Source: Methanothrix sp.
GTDB lineage: Archaea > Halobacteriota > Methanosarcinia > Methanotrichales > Methanotrichaceae
Direction of reading: 5' to 3'
Assembly (NCBI GenBank): GCA_963682135.1
Contig: OY821645.1
Coordinates: 2,688,001 to 2,752,000, forward strand
Length of the DNA stretch: 64,000 nt
The translations under genes were made by a program, and so were the position numbers. Position 1 is the first letter of the stretch. Every line of letters begins with the position of its first letter. Positions 10,003 through 18,869 of this stretch are shown in pieces. The notes under the pieces are model-generated. The model did not search any database. It worked only from the letters and a program-made list of their open reading frames with translations, and was not told the origin of the DNA.

Positions 10003-11604
10003 TCAACTCGCACCTCCCACAATCGGATATGCCCTCGATGGAGTATTGGGATATTTTCTCATGCTGGCCACAAGTTCCCGATAGATCTTCTGGTATGCAG
10101 TTACTACGAAATCGTGCTCTCCTGCAATGTTATGCTCCTCTCCGGGATCTATTTCAATGTTGTAGACCGCCGGAATCTGGCCGTAATCGCTCATCGGTCC
10201 CTGGAATGAGTCGTAGGCAATGCGGTGAATCTTGAACTGATGCCAGCGTACTGCGGCGGGTTCCGTCTCAGGCGCACTATCAGTTCCCATGTACCACACA
10301 GCCCATTCCCGGTCGGAATTATTCTGTCTTCCCAGCAGGAAATTTGATTGATCTATGCCGTCAATTGGCCTATCCGTGGGGATCTTGCCGCCGCCAAGCG
10401 CCGTGAAGGTGCTGAAGAGGTCCATGAGACAGACAATCTCGTTGGATGTCCTTTCTGCCTGGATTTGGCCAGGCCACCGGAATATGCAGGGAATGCGCAC
10501 GCCGCCTTCATAGGCCGTGCCTATCCCTCCCCGGAATGGCGAGTAGCCGCAGTCCGGATACTGATCGAGTGTCGGTCCGTTATCGCTTGTGAAAACAACG
10601 ACTGTGTTATTGTCCTTTCCTGCATCACCGAGCGCATCGAGAACCTGGCCGATGTGATAATCGGTCTCCATTACCGCATCGCCATACGGACCCTTGCTGG
10701 ACTTTCCGGCAAACTTCGGATTGGGAACGCTGGGGAAATGCGTCCTGACCAGAGGGAGGTATATGAAGAAAGGCTTTGTGGAGTTGGTCTGGTTATTGAT
10801 ATATGCAACCGCTTTGTTCACGCATTGCTCATCAACAAATGCCAGAGAGGTCATGTTGAGTGGCTCTACCAGTTTGAGGTCTCCGCCTTTCTTGGCTTCC
10901 ACCAGTCCATAGAATGGATCCGGAGATTCCCAACTGGGATCGTAGCCGATGCGCTCCCTGAGACTATAGGTGTTTAAGTGATAAAGTATCCCAAAGAATT
11001 CATCGAATCCCAAATTTTGAGGCATGCTCTCATTGACATCTCCCAAATGCGACTTGCCAAACATGGCCGTCTTATAGCCGGCATCGGAGAGCACTTTCGC
11101 AAGCGTAATCTCCTCTGGAGAGATGCCTGCCTTGGAGCCTGCCGCCGAGGCCAGGGTCATACCCGATCTGATGGGAAGCCTTCCCGTCAGCATGGCAGCT
11201 CTCGTTGGTGTACATTGCGTCTCCGAGTAACAGGAGGTCAGCCTCAGGCCTTCCCTGGCCATCTGGTCCATCCTGGGAGTGGGCGCACCCAGTACCTCGC
11301 CACCACCATAGCAGCCCGGGTCCATGTATCCCATATTATCGGCCAATATGATTATGATATTTGGCCGTGGCGCAGGCATGATGTCCTCATGGAGAACCTG
11401 GGCCAGGCTCGAATTATTGGATAAAGCATTTTTTCGGTTCGTTAAGACTTCTGCACCTGGATTCTCGGGCGTTGTCTTGTCGGCACCATATCCTTTCAGA
11501 TCAAACGGTATGGGTGACAGACCGGTGTTGCCTGAATCGAGGCTGCAACTGGCAATTGAAATTAGAAAAAATCCGGCAATTGCCAATATAAAACCTTTTT
11601 TCAT
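10003..11604 (-). CDS. secreted Cys-type sulfatase
   Basis: MKK plus hydrophobic signal peptide; PNIIIILADN, CTPTRAAMLTGR, GKSHLG, SDNG, YEGGVRIP. Confidence 0.93.
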   Translation of the reverse strand: MKKGFILAIAGFFLISIASCSLDSGNTGLSPIPFDLKGYGADKTTPENPGAEVLTNRKNALSNNSSLAQVLHEDIMPAPRPNIIIILADNMGYMDPGCYGGGEVLGAPTPRMDQMAREGLRLTSCYSETQCTPTRAAMLTGRLPIRSGMTLASAAGSKAGISPEEITLAKVLSDAGYKTAMFGKSHLGDVNESMPQNLGFDEFFGILYHLNTYSLRERIGYDPSWESPDPFYGLVEAKKGGDLKLVEPLNMTSLAFVDEQCVNKAVAYINNQTNSTKPFFIYLPLVRTHFPSVPNPKFAGKSSKGPYGDAVMETDYHIGQVLDALGDAGKDNNTVVVFTSDNGPTLDQYPDCGYSPFRGGIGTAYEGGVRIPCIFRWPGQIQAERTSNEIVCLMDLFSTFTALGGGKIPTDRPIDGIDQSNFLLGRQNNSDREWAVWYMGTDSAPETEPAAVRWHQFKIHRIAYDSFQGPMSDYGQIPAVYNIEIDPGEEHNIAGEHDFVVTAYQKIYRELVASMRKYPNTPSRAYPIVGGAS

Positions 11605-11944
11605 GATTGAATCCTCCAGAATATGGTAGACATGTTGTATATATTACGATTACTCTAATCTAAAAAGGGATCTAATCCTGTAAGATGACTTGCCTTTGAT
11701 TTTAAAACAATCTAATTCGAATAATTTAGCCGTAAATCTAACTTAAAAGACTATTAAGGATTAACCAGTTAGTTAGAAAATATGTAATCATAATTTGGTT
11801 AAGATAGATTTATATCTTTAGAATATGACAACATTTAGATGTCTAAAAGGCATTTGAATATCCATTATAATTTGAAATAAGAAAATAGTGATTAATATGG
11901 ATACAAATGTCTTTAAAGTTGCAAATATTGTAAGGCGATTTAAA

Positions 11945-13921
11945 ATGGATGATGTAAAATCGGAAAAATCGGTTCAGACCGCAAATCAAGGTCTGTATTA
12001 TCCACCCCGAGATCTTGTCGAGAACTCCAATGTCGTGGCCTGGATGAAGAAAAAGGGCCTGAAGTCGGAGAGCGAGCTACGGGCATGGTGCTCTGCCAAT
12101 TACGTATCGTTCTGGGACGAAATGGCCCAAACCTATGCAGACTGGTTCGTGCCCTACAAGCAGACATTGCAGTGGAAAGCCCCCTTTGCCAAGTGGTTTA
12201 TGGGTGGCAAGATCAATGTAGCTTATAATGCCGTAGACAGGCATGCCAAATCCTGGCGGCGCAACAAGCTGGCTTATATCTTTGTGGGAGAGCCCGTGGG
12301 CGATGTTCGCAAGATCACCTATTATGAGCTGTCTAGCCAGGTCAACAGATTCGCCAACGCACTCAAGGCCCAGGGAATCAAGAAGGGCGACCGCGTAGGA
12401 ATTTATCTGCCCATGGTCCCTGAGCTGCCTGTGGCCATGCTCGCCTGTGCGAAGCTGGGAGCCATTCATGTAGTAGTATTCTCCGGCTTTTCCGCGGTAG
12501 CCGTTCGTGACCGGCTGGAGGATTGCCAGCCCAGGATTCTGGTCACCTGCGACGGCTCCTACCGCCGGGGCAAGCCCATTGCTACCAAGCCCCAGGCAGA
12601 TGAGGCCATAGCCGGCTTAAAGTGCATCGAGAAGGTAGTAGTTGTAAAGAGAAACGGCCAGGAAACGCCGATGACAGAAGGGCGCGATGTCTGGTGGAAC
12701 GATTTTGTGGCAGGCCAGTCCGGCTCCTGTGAGACCTTGCCCATGGACGCCGCCGATCCTCTCTTCATCCTTTACACCGCCGGAGCAGGCGGAAAGCCGC
12801 GCGGCATTGTGCACACCCACGCCGGTATGAGCATCGGCCCGGCGTTTACCACCTCCTGGGTCTTCGATATCAAGGATACGGATGTCTACTGGTCAACCGC
12901 TGATATCGGATGGATCACAGGCCACAGCTACATCGCCTACGGGCCACTCTGCCTGGGTGCGACGAGCATCATGTACGAAGGATCGCCCGACTATCCCGAC
13001 TTCGGCCGGTGGTTTAAGATCATCGAAGACTACGGAGTCTCTGTGATTTACACCGCACCTACTGCTATCAGGATGTTCATGAACGAGGGAGCCTCCTGGC
13101 CTCAGAAGTACGACCTTTCCACCGTTCGGCTCATGGGCTCGGTAGGCGAGGCTATGAATCCCGATGCATTTGTCTGGTGGAGGCAGCACGTTGGCGGCGG
13201 GTTTGCGCCTATCATGGACACCTGGTTCCAGAGCGAGACTGGCTCACAGGTCATCGCTCCTCTGCCCATAACCCCGCTCAAGCCCGGATCACCCAGCTTT
13301 GCTCTGCCCGGCTACAACGTCGAGGTAGTGGATGATAATGGTTTAGCCGTGCCTGCGGGCAGTACGGGCAACATACTCATAACAGCGCCCTGGCCTTCCA
13401 TGCTCCGAGAGGTCTACCAGGACCCGGCCGGGTATAACGAGACCTACTGGGCTGCTTTTCCCGGCAAGTATTTCTCGGGAGACAAAGCTCGTGTGGATGA
13501 GGATGGATACGTCTGGGCTCTGGGAAGAGGGGACGATGTCCTCAAGGTGGCAGGCCACAGGATATCCAATGCCGAGGTCGAGGCATCGGCAGAGAAGCAC
13601 CCATCAGTTGCTGCTGCCGCAGTCGTGGGCAAGCCTGACAAGGTAAAGGGCGAGAGCATTGTGGTCTTCGCCGTCTTGAAGCCTGAGGCCAAGCCGGATG
13701 CCGCTTTGGAGAAAGATATCAAGAACTTTGTGCGAAAGACCCTGGGTCCCATCGCCATTCCCTCTGATGTCATATTCGTATCCGAGATCCCCAGAAATAA
13801 GGCAGGAAAGCCGGTCAGGCCGCTGATCAAGGCCAAAGCCTTGGGTGAAGCTCTGGGAGACACATCGGCAGTTGTCAATCCCAAGGCGCTTGAAGCAATC
13901 CCGCTCGTGCTCAAGAAATAG
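11945..13921 (+). CDS. acs: AMP-forming acetyl-CoA synthetase homologue with divergent motifs
   Basis: Acs architecture throughout (WF.GGKINVAYNAVDRH, ADIGWITGHSY, GR.DDVLKVAGHRI); P-loop reads YTAGAGGKPRG; ORF is open from GTG 11888. Confidence 0.88.
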   Translation: MDDVKSEKSVQTANQGLYYPPRDLVENSNVVAWMKKKGLKSESELRAWCSANYVSFWDEMAQTYADWFVPYKQTLQWKAPFAKWFMGGKINVAYNAVDRHAKSWRRNKLAYIFVGEPVGDVRKITYYELSSQVNRFANALKAQGIKKGDRVGIYLPMVPELPVAMLACAKLGAIHVVVFSGFSAVAVRDRLEDCQPRILVTCDGSYRRGKPIATKPQADEAIAGLKCIEKVVVVKRNGQETPMTEGRDVWWNDFVAGQSGSCETLPMDAADPLFILYTAGAGGKPRGIVHTHAGMSIGPAFTTSWVFDIKDTDVYWSTADIGWITGHSYIAYGPLCLGATSIMYEGSPDYPDFGRWFKIIEDYGVSVIYTAPTAIRMFMNEGASWPQKYDLSTVRLMGSVGEAMNPDAFVWWRQHVGGGFAPIMDTWFQSETGSQVIAPLPITPLKPGSPSFALPGYNVEVVDDNGLAVPAGSTGNILITAPWPSMLREVYQDPAGYNETYWAAFPGKYFSGDKARVDEDGYVWALGRGDDVLKVAGHRISNAEVEASAEKHPSVAAAAVVGKPDKVKGESIVVFAVLKPEAKPDAALEKDIKNFVRKTLGPIAIPSDVIFVSEIPRNKAGKPVRPLIKAKALGEALGDTSAVVNPKALEAIPLVLKK

Positions 13922-13940
13922 AGCGGAATCTCCATTTTTT

Positions 13941-14360
13941 TTATTTTGTATCGTCAAACCCTATCTTGATGTGAGTTCCATCACAAAAGGGCTTTTTCCC
14001 TGAGCCGCCACATCTGCATAGGGCATACGTTCCCTGCTCAGCTAATACAGTGCCCTCATTATTCCTCAAAGGGCATCCTCCTTCCACCAGCAAGGGGCCG
14101 TTTTTCAACACTTTAATATTTGCATCTGGCATATTATCACTCTCTTCTGTTGCTGACCGCACCTTCTTGTATGTCAATGCACCGGATGGACATCGATCCA
14201 CCACCGCCATGATCTCCTCTGAGCTTGCCCCTTGCATGTTAATCCAGGGCGTTTTATCCCGGTTAAACACCTGAGGCAGACCCTTTACGCACTCTCTGGC
14301 ATGGATGCACTTTTCCGGGTTCCACAGGACTACGATATCCTTATTGGAATACTCTTTCAT
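13941..14360 (-). CDS. divergent 4Fe-4S mono-cluster plus CDGSH iron-sulfur domain protein
   Basis: CIHAREC...RCPSGAL and LCRCGGSGKKPFCDGTH. Confidence 0.88.
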   Translation of the reverse strand: MKEYSNKDIVVLWNPEKCIHARECVKGLPQVFNRDKTPWINMQGASSEEIMAVVDRCPSGALTYKKVRSATEESDNMPDANIKVLKNGPLLVEGGCPLRNNEGTVLAEQGTYALCRCGGSGKKPFCDGTHIKIGFDDTK

Positions 14361-14487
14361 TACGACGGAGAGTGCTTTCTTTCTACTAAATTCTTTCCTC
14401 TCCTCGCATAAACAATTTATAATTTGAGCGGTTAATATGAAATAGACTAGACATCAAGATTTGACATCAAGAATAGGGGTTAGGATT

Positions 14488-14925
14488 ATGGGATTTATTA
14501 GCGAGTTTAGGGATTTCGCCATGAAGGGCAACGTCCTGGACATGGCGGTAGGCATCATAATCGGCGCAGCCTTTGGCGGGATTATCAGTTCGCTGGTAAA
14601 AGATGTCATCATGCCTCCCATTGGCATGATCATGGGGGGCATAAACTTTGCCGATATGTTTGTAGCATTGGACGGAAAGACTTATGCCACCCTGGCAGCA
14701 GCCCAGGCAGCAGCCGCGCCCACCATCAATTATGGTCTGTTCATAAATGCCATCATCAACTTCATCATAGTGGCCCTGGCCATATTCGTGCTCATCAGCC
14801 GGGTAAATGCTGCCAGAAAAAAGCCGGCTCCACCTGAACCCAACAGCAAGGAATGTCCGTTCTGCAGGGAGATGATTCCCAAAGCGGCGGTAAAATGCTC
14901 ACATTGCACATCAGATTTGAAATAG
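14488..14925 (+). CDS. mscL: large-conductance mechanosensitive channel with C-terminal zinc ribbon
   Basis: EFRDFAMKGNVLDMAVGIIIGAAFG, YGLFINAIINF; tail CPFC..CSHC. Confidence 0.93.
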   Translation: MGFISEFRDFAMKGNVLDMAVGIIIGAAFGGIISSLVKDVIMPPIGMIMGGINFADMFVALDGKTYATLAAAQAAAAPTINYGLFINAIINFIIVALAIFVLISRVNAARKKPAPPEPNSKECPFCREMIPKAAVKCSHCTSDLK

Positions 14926-14945
14926 ATTGAAGTCAATGGATTGAG

Positions 14946-15347
14946 GTGAACGATATGAAGAGAATAGCAAGCGTATTTCTGGCATCTCTCGCAGCGGTAT
15001 TATTTGCACTGGCCATAGCTTCGGCGGGCAGCGTCTGCGACAATGCCCCCTGCGAAAAAGCTGTCAACGTCTCAGCTGGAGAGAATTTTACCATAGATCT
15101 AAAGTCCAATGCCGGTTCAACGGGATATGAATGGTGGACGCAGTTTGATACCGAGTACCTCAGCCTTGTGTCATCATCCGAGCAGTCCGGAGATGCAAAG
15201 CCGGGATGGGTTGGTGTGCCCGGTAAGAAGGTCTTTGTATTCAATGCTAAAAAATCCGGCAGCACTGATGTTATTATGCTCTTGATCCAGCCCTGGGAGA
15301 ACAGCACCGTTGCACAGAGATTGATATATCCTGTGAACATTTCCTAG
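14946..15347 (+). CDS. secreted chagasin-family (I42) protease inhibitor
   Basis: Signal peptide; SNAGSTGYEW, VG.PG and QPWE loop motifs. Confidence 0.8.
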   Translation: MNDMKRIASVFLASLAAVLFALAIASAGSVCDNAPCEKAVNVSAGENFTIDLKSNAGSTGYEWWTQFDTEYLSLVSSSEQSGDAKPGWVGVPGKKVFVFNAKKSGSTDVIMLLIQPWENSTVAQRLIYPVNIS

Positions 15348-15351
15348 ATGC

Positions 15352-16128
15352 ATGAGACTATTATCCTGGAATGTGAACGGTCTGAGGGCCATTCTAAAAA
15401 AAGGATTCTTAGATTGGCTTAGAAAAGATATGCCGGATGTGCTCTGCCTGCAAGAGACTAAGGTGGCAGTCGATCAGGTTCCAGCCGAGCTGAAAAGCAT
15501 GCCTGGCTACTTTTCTTATTTCGGCTCCGGGGAGAGAAAAGGGCGGGACGGTGTTGCTCTTTTCTCTAAAACAGAGCCGCACAGCGTAGAGTACACACTG
15601 GGAATTGAGGGATTTGAGGACGAGCATAGAGCCATCGTTGCCGATTATGGTCAATTCTTGCTCTTTAATGTCTACTTTCCCAATGGCAAAGCCTCCCCGG
15701 AGCGGCTGGAATACAAGCTGAAGTTCTATGATGTTTTCTTAGAGCACATCTCCCGGCTCAAGGCCGAGGGCAGGAGGATTGTGGTCTGCGGGGACGTTAA
15801 TACTGCTCACAAAGAGATCGATCTGGCCCGGCCAAAAGCCAATGAAAAGATCTCAGGATTCTTGCCGGTGGAGAGGGCCTGGATAGACCGGCTGGTGGAA
15901 AGAGGCTTTTTGGACACATTTCGCGGCCTTCATGAAGAGGGCGAGAACTACTCCTGGTGGGATCTGAAGACACGGGCCCGTGAGAGAAACGTGGGCTGGA
16001 GGATCGACTACTTCTTTGTGAGCGAAGAATTGCGGGACTGTGTCTCGTCGGCATTTATCCTCGCCGAGGTATCAGGCGCAGATCACTGTCCGGTGGGAAT
16101 TGAGCTGGAGATCGAATCAGTTCAATGA
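15352..16128 (+). CDS. xth: exodeoxyribonuclease III (AP endonuclease)
   Basis: SWNVNGLRA, LCLQETK, NVYFPNG, GDVNTAH, GWRIDYF, DHCPV. Confidence 0.95.
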   Translation: MRLLSWNVNGLRAILKKGFLDWLRKDMPDVLCLQETKVAVDQVPAELKSMPGYFSYFGSGERKGRDGVALFSKTEPHSVEYTLGIEGFEDEHRAIVADYGQFLLFNVYFPNGKASPERLEYKLKFYDVFLEHISRLKAEGRRIVVCGDVNTAHKEIDLARPKANEKISGFLPVERAWIDRLVERGFLDTFRGLHEEGENYSWWDLKTRARERNVGWRIDYFFVSEELRDCVSSAFILAEVSGADHCPVGIELEIESVQ

Positions 16129-16183
16129 GACAATTGTTTCGTAGGAAAAAGGTTTTATCAGTAATCGAGTAAGGATTCTTAAT

Positions 16184-18865
16184 ATGAGGTTGGCCTGGCC
16201 GCCGCCCCGGCATCTAATAGCATCCGTTTTGATCTCGGTGTCAGCATTGGCTCTGGTCAATCTTTCGCCGTCATCCCTGCAAGAGATTCTTTCGCCCCTT
16301 GCTCTTATTCTCGTATTCCTCATCCCTGGATATCTTGCCATGCTATCCATATTTCCCGGCAAGAGCGACCTTACTGGAAAAGGGCGTGCATTACTCTGCC
16401 TGGCCTCTTCCGCAGTTCTTGCCGGCTTATTCAGCCTCATTCTAATGGCTACTCCGCGCGGACTGCAGAGTGCGTCTCTAGCCACAATCCTCTCTCTTCT
16501 GGCCATATTCCTGGCGGCGGTGGCCTATGGCCGCTGGTCTAATCTGCCCCGCAAGAGAAGATTTCTGCTTATGCCAAAGAAAGGACTGGGAGCGACAAGG
16601 CCCATTCCCCGTGCTGCTCTGGCTATCCTCCTCTTGGCTGCCTGTTTTATAGCAGCCCTGGCTTTCGCCTACGGACCATATCAGTTTCCTTTATTGGAGC
16701 CATCCGCAAATCTCGGGGCCGCTACGTCAGGAGAAGCATTAACCACTCCATCTTCATCCTTTGAAGAAGAAAAGGAGCAAATAAAATCGTATCCCCCACA
16801 GGAAGAAGATATCCTTGTGGTCGATTTATCCCAAAATAATTCCAGCAATGCAAGCATTATAAATTTAAATTCTCCCGCAATTCTTGAAGATAATAGCGAG
16901 GCAGAAGTCTTCAGCATGGGCGGAGGCGGCGGTGGAGGCAGCAGCTCATCGAGCAGCAGTCAAGCCGTCGCAAAAAAGCCGGCTTCCAGTAAGGCTTTGC
17001 AGCCAGAAAAAAAGGTCAGTACCTCTCCTACCGCAGCCAGTGATGCTGTCAGCAATGTGCAGAGCAATACATCGATTGCCGCAGCAAATTTATCGAATAC
17101 CAGTCTCACCAGCCAGGATAATCAGACACAAAAGGGCAATCTGACGTTGACCGGTAATTTGACAGAGACTCCCAATTTGACGGAAAATCTGACACTTGAT
17201 CAGGTCGCTTCTCCAGAGACAGAGCCGGAGGCAAATCCGGAACTATTGCCACCATCAACCATAAATGATACCAATGAGATAAATGCAGCCCAGTCCGAGC
17301 AGTCGATCAAGCTTAATGAATTGCCTATAATTGCACCACAGAATAATAATAGTACCGATAAAAGCAGTGAACTGACCTCAGCTGAGACTGCCGCGTCTTC
17401 AGCTATCTCTTCTCAGGAAGCCCCATCCCCGGAAAGCCCATCCATCGAGACCGATCTCTCTCGCGCCATCCGGCAATCCGAGATCGTTCTTGACAGATCA
17501 GAGGGAGAAGAATCCGACAATTCCAATCGGCCTCCTGTCCTGAAGGCCCTGGTGCCGGACAGAGCCAGCCCCCAATTGCAGGGATCGGCCATCTTCTGGA
17601 AGGCAGAGGCCACGGATGAAGAGGGCGATAAGATCCTTTACAGGTTCTTCCTGGATGGCCGGGAAGTTCGCAAATGGTCCAAAATCAATAGCTGGAGCTG
17701 GCTAACCCAGGGTTTACCGGCAGGAGACTATCAGATCACCGTCCTGGCAATAGATGGCAATCATGCTGCTCAGGAGTCCTTTGATAGCATAATTAACGCA
17801 AGCTTTACCTTAAGTCTCCCCAATCAAGCTCCCGTTCTGCAGCAGCTAAAACCGGACAAGGCCAGCCCGCAGGGAAAGGGCAGTATTATTACCTGGACGG
17901 CCAGTGCCAGTGATCCGGATAACGACCAAATTAATTTCAGGTTCATGAAGAACGATGAGCCGGCAAGCGACTGGTCCACGTCCAGCACCTGGGTCTGGGA
18001 TACCTCCTCGGAAAAGCCGGGGGAATATAAGATCGCCGTGCAGGCCAAAGACGGATTGCACGCATCCAAGGATTCCTTCGACAGCTCTCTGGAGGACAAA
18101 TTTGTTCTGACGCAGCCCAATGGCATCCCGGAAGTAACAGAGCTAAAAGCTGACCGGCCCAGTCCCCAGACGGCAGGCAGCGCCATAACCTGGACTGCGA
18201 TAGCTGCAGATCCTGATGGTGACGAGATCTATTACAAGTTCCTGGTTAACGACAAAGAAGTTGGTCAATGGTCGCCGTCGAATTCTTGGGTCTGGGATAC
18301 ATCATCCGCATCCCCCGGTGAGTACCGGATCAAAGTTTTGGCTAGGGACGGCAGGCATTCATCAGAAGAATCATTTGACAGCTTCAAAGACGAGGTCATG
18401 ACGATTGCAGTCGCGGACTCAAATCAGCCGCCGGTCTTGAGTTCCCTGGTCTCAGACATCGCCAGCCCGGATGTTCAGGGCACAACTGTAGTCTGGAAGG
18501 CGGAGGCTTATGATCCCGAAGGCGACAAAATCTTCTACAAATTCCAGCTGGGCGGCCGGGATATGGGCAGATGGTCCGAGTCGGCCAGCTGGAAATGGTC
18601 CACCAGGGACCTGCCTCCCGGAGACTACAAAATCCGGGTCCTGGCCAGAGACGGCAAGCATGCCCCCGAGAGTTCCTTCGACAGCTCCAAGGATGCTGTC
18701 TTCTCACTTATCTCCGAGATTGATCAGCAGATAAACCAGCTGATGAATAAAAGGTCCAAGGATGCTTCTCAGCAGGAAAACTATCAATCTACGGACATTA
18801 GGGTAACTTCAGGAAACGGCACCAACTCCAATGTGGTTCTTGGGAAGAGCAATGGAACAATTTGA
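16184..18865 (+). CDS. membrane-anchored surface protein: DUF1616-like transmembrane N-terminus, Ser/Thr/Asn-rich stalk, four tandem Ig-like domains
   Basis: Hydrophobic helices with IPGY motif; four ~99-aa repeats N.PP.L..L..D..SPQ..G..I.W.A.A.DP.GD.I.Y.F. Confidence 0.75.
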   Translation: MRLAWPPPRHLIASVLISVSALALVNLSPSSLQEILSPLALILVFLIPGYLAMLSIFPGKSDLTGKGRALLCLASSAVLAGLFSLILMATPRGLQSASLATILSLLAIFLAAVAYGRWSNLPRKRRFLLMPKKGLGATRPIPRAALAILLLAACFIAALAFAYGPYQFPLLEPSANLGAATSGEALTTPSSSFEEEKEQIKSYPPQEEDILVVDLSQNNSSNASIINLNSPAILEDNSEAEVFSMGGGGGGGSSSSSSSQAVAKKPASSKALQPEKKVSTSPTAASDAVSNVQSNTSIAAANLSNTSLTSQDNQTQKGNLTLTGNLTETPNLTENLTLDQVASPETEPEANPELLPPSTINDTNEINAAQSEQSIKLNELPIIAPQNNNSTDKSSELTSAETAASSAISSQEAPSPESPSIETDLSRAIRQSEIVLDRSEGEESDNSNRPPVLKALVPDRASPQLQGSAIFWKAEATDEEGDKILYRFFLDGREVRKWSKINSWSWLTQGLPAGDYQITVLAIDGNHAAQESFDSIINASFTLSLPNQAPVLQQLKPDKASPQGKGSIITWTASASDPDNDQINFRFMKNDEPASDWSTSSTWVWDTSSEKPGEYKIAVQAKDGLHASKDSFDSSLEDKFVLTQPNGIPEVTELKADRPSPQTAGSAITWTAIAADPDGDEIYYKFLVNDKEVGQWSPSNSWVWDTSSASPGEYRIKVLARDGRHSSEESFDSFKDEVMTIAVADSNQPPVLSSLVSDIASPDVQGTTVVWKAEAYDPEGDKIFYKFQLGGRDMGRWSESASWKWSTRDLPPGDYKIRVLARDGKHAPESSFDSSKDAVFSLISEIDQQINQLMNKRSKDASQQENYQSTDIRVTSGNGTNSNVVLGKSNGTI
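17525..18715 (+). repeat. four intragenic ~297-303 bp Ig-like domain repeats
   Basis: Units begin NRPPVL (~17525), NQAPVL (~17822), NGIPEV (~18119) and NQPPVL (~18422). Confidence 0.85.
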
Positions 18866-18869
18866 TGAT

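Noticed and set aside
14850-14925. Zinc-ribbon tail on MscL
   Set aside because: A known variant in anaerobic bacteria and methanogens.
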